The notes beneath the pieces were generated by a model. That model searched no databases, was not told where the DNA came from, and worked only from the letters and a program-made list of their open reading frames with translations. DNA of 63,026 nt, counting the filler, from Licmophora abbreviata (Eukaryota), in assembly GCA_900291995.1 (NCBI GenBank). It is 17 parts of 17 records of this genome, joined end to end, with 100 filler letters (N's around TTAATTAATTAA, not from the genome) between each part and the next. Parts side by side here need not be neighbours in the genome. Positions count along the whole stretch, not along the records: positions 1 to 3,855 come from OLMU01003098.1; positions 3,956 to 6,646 come from OLMU01003099.1; positions 6,747 to 14,885 come from OLMU01003100.1; 14 more parts are not named here. One strand, given 5' to 3'. A program made the translations under genes and the position numbers. Numbering within the stretch: the stretch's first letter is position 1; every line of letters starts with the position of its first letter. Below, piece by piece: positions 1 through 12,545 of this stretch.

Positions 1-321
1 ACGCGTGGTTTGAGATAGGAACTTGTCATTGTTCTAGTACCCACTCCCTTTCGGGGTAATTGTGTGGGGATGTCGTCGGACGACACTTATGATTGTCCTC
101 TGTAGTTTCGTGAACCATGACCGGTTCGTGCAGTCCCCTGAATCATGACTGGATTCCTCATTCCACACATTGAACATGTCCCAACCCACCAAAGACGAAA
201 AGATGTGAACGAAAGGAAACGATCGGCGGGAGTACACATGGTTGCAACGTTGATACTAGGACGCTTGCCGGGATTCATCGAATGGTGAACTTCCTTTCCA
301 CGATGGAATCATCTCCAAATT

Positions 322-1596
322 TCATGTCTTCGACTCGTTCGACGGCTCTTCCTTTCCACTGCTATCACCACTTCTACCAATGATGATATCGCCATGCGAC
401 TCGAGCAGTTCTTCACGAATCACGTTCGCTCCATCTTCATCCCCGAGCACTGATAGAAGCTCTGCCAAACTAAACTTCGTTGCAACTGTATCTGGATGGT
501 TCTCATGCAACAACTCCGTGCGCACACGTAATACTTGTTCGTAGAGTTGTTTTGATTCAGCCAAGGCGTCTTCGTCCTTTTGTACCTGCAGTATTGCTAA
601 GCTCTTGAGAAAGACTGCCAGATTCTGTGCGGCAGAAGCCGCCGAGAGAGTACGAATGGACGAGGACGGTTCATCCTTGTCTGTTTGGGTCATTTGACTT
701 CCACGCGGGTTTTGTACAGCAGTCTGGAGCGAAGCGCGCAAGTGTTCTTCGGCTACCTCCCAGCGCTTTAGTGTCAACTTGGAGGGCTTCCTCAGAACGT
801 TGGTGGCGTCTGCACTCGACCTATTCTCGTCTTTCTCATTCTTCCATTCACTCTTCTGCTGCTCTAACAGCTGAGACTGAACCTGTAATACTTGCGCCGC
901 CATGGCGCTGCCCAGATTGGATCGACTCGTGATGGTGTGAGGATGCTCTTCCCCAAGCTCGGCTCGCCGAATCATCCACGCTTCTTCCAAATAGCTCATG
1001 GCCTCTTCATTCAACTGCAGTCGATCCATCGCCGACAAGCTTTCATCAAAATGCAGCTGCGATCGATTTAAGTTTCCCAGATTGTGCATGGCAGCTGCAT
1101 AGCTGGCGTGATCCTTACCGACAACGCGACCGTAAATGCGAAGGGCGTCGTGATAGTTGTGCCGCGATTCGACATACTGACCCAGTAGCTTGTGCATGAG
1201 ACCTACATTGTTGTATGCGGAGGCTGATGCGGGGTGGTCTTTCCCAAAGTGATCCTGAGTGACTTGTAGCAGTTCTAGACTAGTCGTGAGTGCTTCCGAG
1301 TAGTTGCAGTGTTGATGATGCGTGCGGACCTCGTCCTGAAGTTGACGAATTTCGTCTTCCTTTTGAGGGTCAGGGGCCTGCAGTTTCTTTTTGCTCTCTT
1401 GAATAGGATTCTTATTCTTATTGGACTTGGACAGAATGGCCTTGGCAGCCTTGCCAGAAAAGCTGCAGCGCAGAGTCAAGGGCCGATGTGCAGAAGAAGT
1501 CAAGGGCAAGGATTGATTTTGGCGGCCCAAAGCAATCGCGATCCTTCTCGCTGGCAATAGGCGACAGCTGGAAAGAGCTAACGAGCACATCCACAT
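322..1596 (-). CDS. TPR-repeat protein (kinesin-light-chain-like TPR_12 repeats), possible mitochondrial presequence
   Basis: 424-aa ORF with repeated GxDHPxxAxxxNNLG/HNLG helical motifs (GKDHPASASAYNNVG, GKDHASYAAAMHNLG, GEEHPHTITSRSNLG, HENHPDTVATKFSLA). The N-terminus is Arg/Ser/Leu-rich and acid-poor. Confidence 0.8.
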   Translation of the reverse strand: MWMCSLALSSCRLLPARRIAIALGRQNQSLPLTSSAHRPLTLRCSFSGKAAKAILSKSNKNKNPIQESKKKLQAPDPQKEDEIRQLQDEVRTHHQHCNYSEALTTSLELLQVTQDHFGKDHPASASAYNNVGLMHKLLGQYVESRHNYHDALRIYGRVVGKDHASYAAAMHNLGNLNRSQLHFDESLSAMDRLQLNEEAMSYLEEAWMIRRAELGEEHPHTITSRSNLGSAMAAQVLQVQSQLLEQQKSEWKNEKDENRSSADATNVLRKPSKLTLKRWEVAEEHLRASLQTAVQNPRGSQMTQTDKDEPSSSIRTLSAASAAQNLAVFLKSLAILQVQKDEDALAESKQLYEQVLRVRTELLHENHPDTVATKFSLAELLSVLGDEDGANVIREELLESHGDIIIGRSGDSSGKEEPSNESKT

Positions 1597-2132
1597 GACT
1601 CAAGGTACAGCAGCTCAAAGGGGGTTCACGGAGAAGCAGCGCTGCTAAACTGTGGAACTGTGGGTCAGCGCGTCTTCATGCTGTCCCATCATCTTCATTG
1701 CTCGGTTTTCGGTTTTCGCTTTCAGTTTCGAATGAATCACACCCGTTGTGCGGCCATTGGCGATCTGCCCTGTCCGTCGGCCGCGAGCGAGATACCTCTA
1801 GTTTTTCGCTAACGCCGAGACATGCCTAGACCACTGTACAACTGGGTCCTGGTGAAGTGTGAAGGTAATGGGATGATGCTGGCTTTCTCCAGTCGAAGGC
1901 AAGGCCGTTCTTTCATTTCCTGAACTGCCCCGAAGCAAATTTGCTGAACGAATGATTCAATGCACTCGTCGCAGCTAGCGAAGCGACGAACGACAATTAC
2001 GCGTAGCCAACAAAATACGGAGATCACTAGTTGCAGTCATTTTAACTCTAAACACAAAGACGGAATTTTACCGACATCAACTTTCACTGGACTGCATGGG
2101 TCGCTTCACAAAGAAATGCATTAGCTCACTTG

Positions 2133-4330
2133 TTAGTCCCTCGAGCCGCCCGAGCCATCATCAGTCTCGTATGGGATGTCGATACAAGCGACCATAGGAT
2201 CATACTTAAAGTCATTGAAGAACTCGGAGTTGATATGGGCGTACTCAGCCTTGGCACCCGAGCAGAAGGACTCCGACACGAAAATGTGATCCCAGGCCTG
2301 GGAAGCACCCTGGTTGATGACAGAATAGCGCATATCCATTGGGATGTCATCAACCAAGTTCTTCAGTGGAACTCCTTTCAGGTTCTCCATGGGTGTCACA
2401 AACTCGTTCTCATACATGGCACCCAGCACAATCAGCTTGGTGGGATCCTTCACGAAAGGTGTGCCAGTTTGAGGCGCGATGAGGCCGTTTCGCACAAGGC
2501 TAGTCTCCTGGAGACGCCGTTCAACGCCTGCGTTGATGTTCTCGGCCTCCTGGAGGTCTTCGAACCCTTGGTTCACCCCCTGGATGGCGGCGCTCCCGCG
2601 CTTGTTGGTGAGCTGCAGATTGATCAAGTCAAACTTCTCCTGCAGAGGAAGGAATTTGAGATGGACAGCCAAGTGCATGGGAATTGCATTGTTGGCAGTG
2701 GAATTCTTCTGGCTTACGGCCGTGTCGTACTGGGAGACACGCCAGCGGTTGTAGAGGATAGGAGTTCCGTCAGTCGACTCGATGATAGAGTAGGTGTCGG
2801 GAGAGGTGGTATAGTTTCCAATGTACGCGACCAAAGTTTCGAGGTCGACCGCTTGCCAACTCGACTGAAGAGCAACAACGTCGGGCAAACCCATGTAGTT
2901 CACAATGTCCTTGGCCAAGTCATCGTATTTGGGCTTGTTCTGGATGTTGTAAGTTGCTACCGACAGAGTGAAAGGCTTCTTATCACAGACGACCGATGTC
3001 TTCTGAAGCTTCGTACCTTCAAGGATACCGAAGTGCTCAACAGGGATGATTTGAAACTTTCCGTTGCTGTATCCAACCACACCTTCGATGTCATCAAATT
3101 TGGCTCCCACGTCGGTCTCTGGGAAGAAGAGAGGAAAGACTAGGGGGTCCTCCTTGATTTGAATTGCCTCGGGACTGAAGTCGTGAGGGCCGACGTTGAG
3201 GTTGTAGCGACTGTTGAAGCCAGACGCATACTTGCCATCATCAGTGACCACAAAGATATCGCTGCCAACACTTGACGGTGAGACGGCGAGAGGAGTCTCC
3301 AATTTGACCAGCATGCCCTCAAGGCTTTCGAAGAATGTGACGGCTTCTTCCATGTCTTCGGTGGGAGGGATACGTCCGACGGTATCATCTTCACTATCGA
3401 AGCGTCCTCCAACCCCGATGATGACCGCTTCTGGGAGCGCATTTCCGCTTGAAATGGTTTCGATCACTAGTGGTTCAATGAGACGAGTCGTCGGCTGGCT
3501 GAGAGGCTTGGTATCAGGAACATACTCCTGCACGACTGCATTCGCAATTTTGATGACGTCCCCGACCTTCACGTTGAGTGATTGAGAGTCCAGGTAGACC
3601 TCAATTCCATCAGAAGTATGCATGTTTCCGTCGCCATCCTCATCTTGCAAGAAGAATCGCTTTCCATTAATCTGTTGAACAAAGATAGATTCGAAACAAG
3701 GTCAGCGAATGTCTTCGATTGAATGGAGCTCATCCCACCGTTCGCCGAACCTACCGCCGTAACAATACCAGGCACATTGAAAACAGTCTGACCAACAAAA
3801 GGTGACGTGAGCTCTCTGGAAGAGGTGACGGGAAAGCATGAAGATCATGTAAGGANNNNNNNNNNNNNNNNNNNNNNNNNNNNNNNNNNNNNNNNNNNNT
3901 TAATTAATTAANNNNNNNNNNNNNNNNNNNNNNNNNNNNNNNNNNNNNNNNNNNNGGTGACGTGAGCTCTCTGGAAGAGGTGACGGGAAAGCATGAAGAT
4001 CATGTAAGGACGAGGAAAACAAATGAAACACATGAAGTTTTGTTTGCCTAGCTACTGTGAAACTTACTCGGACTGGATGTCGTAGATCTTGTTCACGAGA
4101 TCTTCCGTTTCCATGATCGCCTCCACTGGCGTGAGATTGCAAGTCTTGTGAGCGGGCTCAGGCGTGGGTTTTGATGTTGGACTGCCCGTGCGCTTGGGAG
4201 CCGTCAATTTGATGTTGGAGATGTCTGCTGCCCAGGTCTCTCGTTCGTTCTGGCTGGCACGGAGCTTCGCGGCAACACCATGGGAACTCAGAGCAGCGCC
4301 GAAGGCAATGGCGGCAACAGAGAACTTCAT
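2133..4330 (-). CDS. Secreted ExeM/NucH-like OB-fold + EEP-domain protein, catalytic motifs degenerate (paralog 1)
   Basis: Signal peptide MKFSVAAIAFGAALSSHGVAA. Exons 4330-4068, 3815-3755 and 3671-2133 with GT..AG introns (intron 1 spans a linker) splice in frame. Motifs IYDIQ, FFLQDEDGDG..TSDGI, FFESLEGMLV, ATYNIQN, PDVVALQ and QAWDHIFVS are typical of the ExeM/YhcR-like family. Confidence 0.8.
3856..3955. other. Artificial contig linker (44 N + TTAATTAATTAA + 44 N), first of 16
   Basis: Identical 100-bp spacers with stops in all six frames at 3856, 6647, 14886, 19005, 22243, 23684, 28751, 30765, 36077, 39405, 41516, 44018, 48556, 56941, 58653 and 60154. Confidence 0.99.
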
Positions 4331-4946
4331 GGCTTTGATCGCTATTGTGCTGAGGGAGAATGAGGCTGTTGAAACAGCTTGACTTAATTGTGAGAACCGA
4401 GTGCCAGTTTTCTATGCCAATCTTGTGAGGCTTTAGATTTGAGTCACTATTCATGTCTGTAGCTGTTAGAATGATCAAAGATAATCATTTTTTCTGGCTC
4501 AACGGACGCACGTACGTCGTCGTACTTTTCATACGAACTTCAAATCTTGTATGAATATCATACACATATGGAGGCTAGTAAGCAAATATATTATTGAGAC
4601 ATGAATAGAAACTCATGATCTTTGTACGATTAAAGCAAACAAAATCGATGCGTTGAACGTGTACGAAAGTTGGAAGCCCAGGCGGAACACGACTCCCAGC
4701 CCTATGATACGTTGGATCATGTCGACGCGCACCACGGTAGCTGACAAGGCCATCGTGACGCTGATACCCCGGGGCAGCCCTTGCGATCGTCGATTGAAGG
4801 ACCGTTGAAATAAACTCTGTCACCACGAAAGGTGTGAGCAAATGTTGCGTAGCCACTTCTAAAAATAAAACCCTTTCGACCATCGAAGCAACTTGTATCG
4901 CACATTTGAATTCCATCCAGCAGGCTCTCAACTGAGGCAAGTACTC

Positions 4947-6431
4947 TCACGACATTTTTAGCTCCTGTATGAGTCGTTCGATATATTCCTCGCGTGAAAT
5001 AGCAATCTGCGCAATGTCTCTTCCGACAAGTCGCACCATGTCAAGTGGGAGATGCAAGAGCAACGCCCTCGCACGCTCTTGAGACATGGGACACGAAACG
5101 TACTGTTCCAATGCACTTCGAATACCCGCGTCGCCCAACGACGCATACACATAGGCAGCCAGCGGCGAATTTTGCGTTTCCGGAGACACACGTTGCCGGC
5201 CGCGACGCAAGAGATCATAGACTTGATCCTCGTCGTTCTCCAGTGTAGAAGGAGTTGGAAAGTTTTCGGCCAGCCTATCCGAAGTGTGTTGAGACGAAGG
5301 AAAGTCTCCTGTGAAGAAGGAGAAGGGTGCATCACCTCCAGTTAACACAGCAAACGACGCGACGATCGATACACCGAGAAGTTCCGCACGCATATACTTG
5401 CATCCCAAGCGAAGATTGAACGATGTCCTTTCGTTGAACATGGTCATTTCTCGCGTGTCGGGTACACCACGAAAAGATATGAATACTTGAGAGGGATTTA
5501 GGTTCGTCAAGAATTCAACCATGTTACTCGTGGCCAGCTGAAAGTCTGCGACGGTGAAGAGACATCGGCTGCGGAGCGCAGAGTTGAGTTCTGGCAGCAA
5601 ACTCCACGTGTGATCGAGAAAGACCGATGCATCTTCGGTGGAGAAATTTCCAAGACTCCGGTTGGACCAATCAGCGGCGCGTTGGATACTGACAATGAGA
5701 TGGTCGTCACTCAAACCGAGATCAAAGGTTTGATTCACCACACCGAGTCGTTCGTAGAGACAGTCCAAGGCGGTGAGGCCTTTGTCGTTGGGAGGCCGGA
5801 AGGGAATCGTAGCCTCGAGGCATACGATGACTAATGCCAGGTGAGACTTCGTTAAGGTATCTTTCAGAAGGCGAGACATAATGACAGCGGATAGAAATGG
5901 ATCAAGACGATGACTCGCTCGTAAATCTTGCCCAGCTGAGAGTCCAAATAAAGATGCCGCCATCACAAGATTTGAGTCTTTCCCACTTAAATCGGAAGTG
6001 AGCGTGAATCCATCGTCCTCTAGGACTCCTTGTAGTAGGTCGAGTTGTTTCTGAGACAGCCCTCCATCAACAAAGCGATTGATTGTATCCCGAAAGAGTC
6101 CCGCCAAGAGCTGATAGGCGTCTGATCCCGCGGATATTTCAAAGATTCGATCGATGCTGTGATACCCTCGGGTCTCTCCACTCATGCAGGCATGAATGAA
6201 AATAGCCCATTCTTCAATTTTCTCGTCTGCAACGTCCGAGATCCCGAGTCCGAGTAAGCTATTTCGAAGATCTTCCATCAAACAGGTAATGTACGTGTAC
6301 TGTTTTCCCATAGGGCAGCGCTGAATATAGAGATTTTGAGCAGACTGTGTCTTGTAGATAAGTTCGCTGGCACCATCGCTGGAGCGCCGCTGTCTCGTCC
6401 GGTGCAGCGTGCTGGTGGGGGGCTCACTCAT
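4947..6431 (-). CDS. Uncharacterised HD-domain-like protein (resembles a cyanobacterial/diatom 'MSG..RxYH..H...LAALFHD' family)
   Basis: 494-aa intronless ORF with MSGETRGYHSIDRIFEI..LLAGLFRD, CLEATIPFR, ADWSNRSLGNF and FLDHTWSLLPE. Family recalled from motif memory only. Confidence 0.55.
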   Translation of the reverse strand: MSEPPTSTLHRTRQRRSSDGASELIYKTQSAQNLYIQRCPMGKQYTYITCLMEDLRNSLLGLGISDVADEKIEEWAIFIHACMSGETRGYHSIDRIFEISAGSDAYQLLAGLFRDTINRFVDGGLSQKQLDLLQGVLEDDGFTLTSDLSGKDSNLVMAASLFGLSAGQDLRASHRLDPFLSAVIMSRLLKDTLTKSHLALVIVCLEATIPFRPPNDKGLTALDCLYERLGVVNQTFDLGLSDDHLIVSIQRAADWSNRSLGNFSTEDASVFLDHTWSLLPELNSALRSRCLFTVADFQLATSNMVEFLTNLNPSQVFISFRGVPDTREMTMFNERTSFNLRLGCKYMRAELLGVSIVASFAVLTGGDAPFSFFTGDFPSSQHTSDRLAENFPTPSTLENDEDQVYDLLRRGRQRVSPETQNSPLAAYVYASLGDAGIRSALEQYVSCPMSQERARALLLHLPLDMVRLVGRDIAQIAISREEYIERLIQELKMS

Positions 6432-7253
6432 TCTCTCGTCACAGCGAGACGATAGATTACAATTTTCGGGGCGTTTCTTCTTTCTTCTTGTGTATATATG
6501 AGGGAGATGTCGCCCTTATGCGGTCGTCGCACAGTTTATATACAGTGGACAGCAACAAACTCTTCACTGTCGTTGCCTCATCGCGAAAGATCGAAAGCGA
6601 TTCGATTCGCACAATATCGAAATCCCGAAATCTCTCACATATGATANNNNNNNNNNNNNNNNNNNNNNNNNNNNNNNNNNNNNNNNNNNNTTAATTAATT
6701 AANNNNNNNNNNNNNNNNNNNNNNNNNNNNNNNNNNNNNNNNNNNNGAAACACTTATGGACAGAATATGGCTAGTCTCTCTCGTCCTTCTTTGCGGGACA
6801 CTGCTCTCTGTTTCTCTCAGAGCAATCGTGCGAAGGATGAGGTCTGATCGATAAACCATGTGCGGCAGATAACAACAGTGAAGGAACGATGGATACGCGT
6901 CGATAGAAAAGCTCCAGCAACATCAATCGCCGTGAATATCACGACACACTTTGTCGGGTTTCTCTGTCGAGACCCGGGATATTCCTGATTCCTGCTTTGC
7001 CGCGCGCGTACCGGCAAGAGTGAGCGAGCCGAGCCGAATGAATCAGTGATGAGTCATCATTTCGGATCTGAGCAAGCGATGGTCGTGGCGCCATCAAGAC
7101 ACTTGATGCCCGTAGACTTCCTAGGATTCTCGATCAGCTGACATGGAGTCGGTCGCGTCACTGTGATGTGGCGCCATCATCGCACTCAGTGCTCACAATT
7201 TATAATCTCAAGCAGAAAACACACTCCTCAGTCCTTTCCACATCCGCAACAAC

Positions 7254-8009
7254 ATGAAGATCGCCGTCGCCTCCCTTATCGCACTCGTTGGCAGTGCCTC
7301 CGCATTCACTGCTCCTACCAAGGCAACCTCGCCAGCTGCTCTCCGCATGGCTGACATGCCCGCAGACCTTCCCGAGCCGGAGCTCCCTCCGCTCCCTAAA
7401 ATGTCTCAGTCCCTCCCCTTCCTTGAGCGCCCCGCTGCCTTGACTGGCGAATTGGCAGGCGATGTCGGATTCGACCCCTTCGGGTTCTCCAAGACCAAGG
7501 AGGACCTCATGAACTACCGTGAGGCAGAAATCAAGCACGCTCGACTCGCCATGCTCGCGGCTGCTGGTTGGCCGGTGTCTGAACTCTTCGACAAGAAGAT
7601 CGCTACAACCCTCAGCCTCGCGCCCGTCTTGGATGCATCGGATCGTGCGCCGTCGGTCCTCAACGGAGGATTGGGCAAGATTAGCCCTGTGTACTGGGCG
7701 GCTTGTATCTTGGCTGCCGGGGCCATTGAGTTCTACGGCATGTCCAATGCCCGTGCCAACGACCCTTCGTACATCCCAGGAAAGCTCGGATTCGACCCCA
7801 TCGGTCTTTACCCCAAGGATGAGGAAGGCCAGATGCGCATGCAGTTGGCTGAACTCAAGAATGGGCGATTGGCAATGATTGCCATTACAGCATTCGCAGT
7901 ACAGGAGGCTGTGTCCAAGCTTGGAGTTGTCGATGAGACACCGATCTTCTTCAAGCCATTGAGTGTTGCGCTTCACGAATACGCCAACGCTGGATACATT
8001 GCCCATTAA
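7254..8009 (+). CDS. Light-harvesting chlorophyll a/c (fucoxanthin) binding protein, Lhcr/Lhcz-like
   Basis: Bipartite presequence ...GSASAFTAP; GDVGFDPFGF, REAEIKHARLAMLA, GFDPIGL and ELKNGRLAMIA motifs. Confidence 0.95.
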   Translation: MKIAVASLIALVGSASAFTAPTKATSPAALRMADMPADLPEPELPPLPKMSQSLPFLERPAALTGELAGDVGFDPFGFSKTKEDLMNYREAEIKHARLAMLAAAGWPVSELFDKKIATTLSLAPVLDASDRAPSVLNGGLGKISPVYWAACILAAGAIEFYGMSNARANDPSYIPGKLGFDPIGLYPKDEEGQMRMQLAELKNGRLAMIAITAFAVQEAVSKLGVVDETPIFFKPLSVALHEYANAGYIAH

Positions 8010-8467
8010 ATGAACAGTTACTGTATAGTATAAAATAGACAAACGAACGTTGAGGCAAACACGAATTGAGTTCTTGTGTGCGTCGACTGATGCATGATAG
8101 ACCTATCATCTTGGGCGCGTTACCGGTTCAGTTTAGGAAAACATAAAACATGAAACATTCAACTTGGTAGAATAGAGAGCTATTTGTGCCGATACAACTT
8201 TTAAGACCTCGACAAGATTATAGACACCAAATGCCTACTCGTACACGAAGTAAGAGCAATGCTCCAACGCATGAAAAATGTCAATTGGCGATCCAACGCT
8301 AAATCTGCGCTCACAATTTCAAAGCTTACCGACATGCTTCATAAAATAGAGTCGAATGAAGAGGTCTTGAAACAGAATTTCACCGCCCTCAAATAACAAG
8401 GGGACGTTTCGGCATCCTCTGACCTGAAGATTGTTGCCAGAGGGCCCCTTCTATTGCCATTTGAACG

Positions 8468-11400
8468 ATGACTTCTGTTGCAGAGAATGTGGATATCTGT
8501 GTGACATGTGTATCTGACAAGCCGCCGAGCTATCCGCTGCGGGAAGAGCTTCTCAGTCTGGGAGTCGAGGTAATCTACAATGCTCGAGGAACAGGATCTC
8601 GTGCAATTGAAAACGAAACTGAAAAGGCAGTGACGGAGTTTCGGCGTCAGGAGAAAGAACGAGAAGAACAGAAATTCCGCTTGTTCCCGTTGAGCAAACA
8701 GAAATTGATCGAGAAAGAAATGAAGCGCAAGGGAAAAGAGCAAGAGATCCGGGATCACCCACATAGCCTTTCTTACCTAGATTACCAAAGAAGTCTATAC
8801 CACTTAGACAGCACAGAAACTGATTCGCCAGGTAAGGCTGAGAAAGCCAATTTCACGAAGAAGTCAAGGAAAAAGAAAGACAATCGAAAGGAACTGGGTA
8901 CAATGATGAACGGAAATGGAGTTTCGACACCACAAGCTCTGTCGAGTGAAAGAATAAGGGAGTCTTCAAGTGCATTTTCGGGTGCTGAAGTTCATGCGCT
9001 CGATATCAGACATGATCCTGACTCCCAAGTGAACGCAGCCTACGCTGCCAACACGGCATTAGCCGTGTTCTCCTTCACGGGCGTTCCACTGCCGCCAATT
9101 GCCGAAGAGCGCCTTGGCAGCTTAGAAATGAGTTCAAGCGACGATGATAGTGACCACATCTCATTGTCTTCGGTTACTGCCCCTCTGACGGAGACAACGT
9201 GCTACTCACCAACAGAAGCAGGATCGATCGAGATTTCCCTGATCCCAACACCGACACGATATTGGCATAATGAGGGGAGTGCCTCTATCCAAGATAGTCC
9301 GAGCCCGAAAATGTCAGATGAGTTGAGCGAAGGCTCATCAGTCTTTGATGGAATCGATAACGACCTCGACATGGTTACAGAGGCGTAGAAGTTGGCAGAG
9401 ATGTGCAGTTCCTGGATCAATGCGATACATCGGTGACCGAGATTCCTAACAGCGACCGCAACGCCACTGGATTCAGAGTACTTGATGATCCATCTCACTC
9501 AACAATCCTTCCAAATACGTCTGACTCTACGAAGACCGGTACTACAGTTCCTGGAGCCTCTGCTGGCGGTGTGGCGCGAGGATCGCTTGGTACTGCCGTG
9601 GCGGCATCTGCCGCATTGCCATTGACCGACAAGGAGAAGGCATTGACGTCATTGGAATCAAATGAATCTGCTCCTGATGAGATTGATGACATATTGGACA
9701 AACTTTTCATGAAAGTGGAGAAAGCTGGCGTCCAGGATGATCCTGTTCTCGTCTGCGAGGCAAACTGTCCACCCACCGTCGCAACAAACCTCGAAAACGA
9801 CCTCACTGGCAAGGCGATGACTGACGTACCGAAAAAGGTTATCGATACTATCGTTGAACATGCTTCTGGAGTTTCTAATCGTCGCCGTTCGGTCAAAAGC
9901 TTTGTACATTCCGCAAAGAAATCTTCTATTGTTCCAGATTCCGGAGGTTTGTCCAACGCTACAAAACTGTACAAGCCTGATGTCAACACTGAGTCGGAGG
10001 ACGGCTTCATTAAAGAAAGTGGACTTGTCACCGAACAAGATTCCCCCGCTCTTTCGCTCGCACATGGGAGACAAGTCAATCGAAATGATATGATCCATCC
10101 GTCTTCAACTGAAATCAACCAAGGACCGAACGAAGACTTCTTTGAAAGCATCCGAATTCAGGCACCAGAACAGACAAGAGTTCAGGAGTTCCACAGCGCA
10201 ATGAAGTCTATGAGACCTGACACTTTGAAAATCCTCTCACGATTTGAATCGAACCCAAAGCTTGCGTTGTCTTCTTCAAGCGAAGATGGTAGATTGGCCC
10301 TTCATGTGGCTTGCGATCGAAAATTCCCCGTCCGAGGTGTTGACTTTGACGCAGATCTTGACTTGATCGAAGCTCTACTTAAGGATGTTATCGACCTCCG
10401 CGAGCTCATTGAAGGTATTGTTGAGTCGTACCCCGCAGCGTGCTTATTATCAGACAACCATGGTGACCTCCCAGTTCACATTCTTGCTAGACGCTTGTTG
10501 GAATGGGAGACCGAATGGCACAATCAGCTTCTGCCCATTGACGCTGACGCCGGTACCCGATCGCACAATCTGAGAAAACTCCAGAATGCAATGGCTCAGA
10601 CGGTGAACGTTGTGTTGAGGCCCGTGGCATCTTTGAGGTCACTGTGCCAAAGTCGTGGTAGAGTGGGGCGTCTTCTGCCCCTTCATGTTGCTGCAATCTT
10701 TGCGGCTCCTTTCGATACACTGCGCCTTCTCCTTGAAACATATCCGGTCGCCGCCGGAGTTCCTTGCGATATTCTGGGATTGCACTCATGTACCAGAAAA
10801 AAATGTTTGCCATTGGAACTCTTGGAACGTGCACGCCTGTTCCGTTGCAGGCCACTCCTTTCTCTCCACGACATGCCACACGACGAGGATGCCAGCACAC
10901 ATTGCCCAGCCTCGCTTTCGGCAAAGTTTACGCTTACCGATGATCTGGAGCGTCATTCTGATCTTCTGTTTGCCTTCAACCCTGGCATCTTGCCGTTTCG
11001 AAGAGAACCAACCCGCATTCAGCGACTGGAAGGCCTTATCTGGAATGACGTGAAACGTGTGACGGAGAGCGAAGCCATCGTGGATTTCGCAGTTGCTGTT
11101 CGAATCGCATGGACTTGGATTTGCACTTTTGAAGATGACACAACTCTTGACGACAACTATTCTTCAAGCGTGTCCCATTTAGTGAACTCTATGACTCTGA
11201 AGGCGGTGCAAACGCTGTCGTCGATGAAAAGTCTTGAAGGAGATCTAATTTTGCAAGTTGCATTGCCACAATGCCACCAGATTATCAAGAAAAGACTAGA
11301 TGGTCGGGAATCTGAGTTGTTAATCACTGGCGATTCCGGATTCAACAGTGTCCCACTGAAACAGTTCCAGTCTATTGCAGAGCCCCCTCAAAGGCCCCGA

Positions 11401-12480
11401 AACCTCCGGCAGTTTGCAATCGACTCATCGTTGTCGTTTGGAGAAACCGAAAGTCGGGATGAGTCGTCAGTCATGAGAACGTCAGGAGACACTGCTATAC
11501 GACCTCCGAAACAAGACTGCACACTCTCCAACAAGAAGTCTAGTCTGAGTTCTGAAGCAGATTTCGAACCGATTCAGTCCTCAAGAGTAGTTTTAGATCA
11601 TAATCCTTGGGAGTACTATCGAGTCAGCATGGACAAGGCCGTACCGCTCAAGGCATCACTGGAAGATCAAGAGTCGCGGCTGAAACAAGTGCGAACTAAA
11701 TTGTACATGATAAACTTGGAAGAAGAGAGCTCTCTACTATCCGAAAAGGATACCATTGATCGGATCGAGACTCACATAGCAGCATACGATGCAGCAGCTA
11801 TCCGAGAGGACATTTCGCTTGGAGAGGAAGAAGAAACTGGTATGAACAGGGACAGCGATGCTGAGCGAGACATTTTCCGGCGAATGTGCAAACTTGAGGA
11901 GCGCCTGCTTCGCCGGGAGATCGATCTCGAACAACTGAAGTTGGCAACACATGCATTCGAGCTCAAGGTCGTCGCGACGGCTGTGGATGAGCCTGATGAT
12001 GAGAATGAGAATGCATCGTGCAGTGCACAAGCCGACTCCTCGAGATCTCGAGTCGAGATTGTGGTAGGCGACGAAGATGATGCCAGTGAGATGCTGAGCA
12101 CATTATCAAAAAAGTTTGACCTGGACGACGACGAAACGTCGTCATTTGACAAGTCCAGTGGTATTTATATTTTCCGGAAACAACATGCGGTGAAAGAGAT
12201 GGACGTCGGCAAGGCTCTTGGAAAGCAGATGGGCCGCATGCCAAGCTGGATTCTCAGTTCACGTGAACAGTATTTGGATAGCGAGGAAGACGAAGTGACC
12301 AAAGTACTAGCAAAGGACACGATGCGACGTGCAAGTGGGATCATTGACTCTCGAAAACATCATCGAAGTGCCGAGGAGGACGAAGTCAAGGCACGAGCCA
12401 AGCAAATGTCCCGAGAGGCTGTAGATTTCTGGAAGCATATGCAGCAGAATACGCGGCCTCCGTTACCGATGATGACATAG
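8468..12480 (+). CDS. Large (~1340 aa) protein with ankyrin-like repeats and C-terminal coiled coil; split by an apparent 1-bp frameshift near 9382
   Basis: ORF 8468-9388 and a frame open from 9361 to 12480 overlap. Adding one G at ACAGAGGCGTA gives ...MVTEGVEVGRDVQFLDQ. Ankyrin-like GRLALHVAC, GDLPVHIL and LLPLHVAA motifs. Confidence 0.6.
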
Positions 12481-12545
12481 TAGCATAAATTAATAACAGT
12501 AGGGGATATTTATGAATGACAGCGAAGCTGTCTCCACTGTTATAG

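Noticed and set aside
2130..3143. Long antisense ORFs (also 7200-8042, 9495-10151, 21247-21942, 34430-35122, 49632-50582)
   Set aside because: Shadow frames opposite well-supported genes, with no recognisable motifs.
3801..4010. Direct repeats flanking gaps (also 14856/14986, 18936/19105, 39356/39505, 41450/41616, 60135/60257) as target-site duplications
   Set aside because: They are unmerged overlapping contig ends; genes read through once the overlap is collapsed.
4575..4950. Short ORFs downstream of the HD-like gene, and at 34-278
   Set aside because: No recognisable motifs, no convincing start or splice support.
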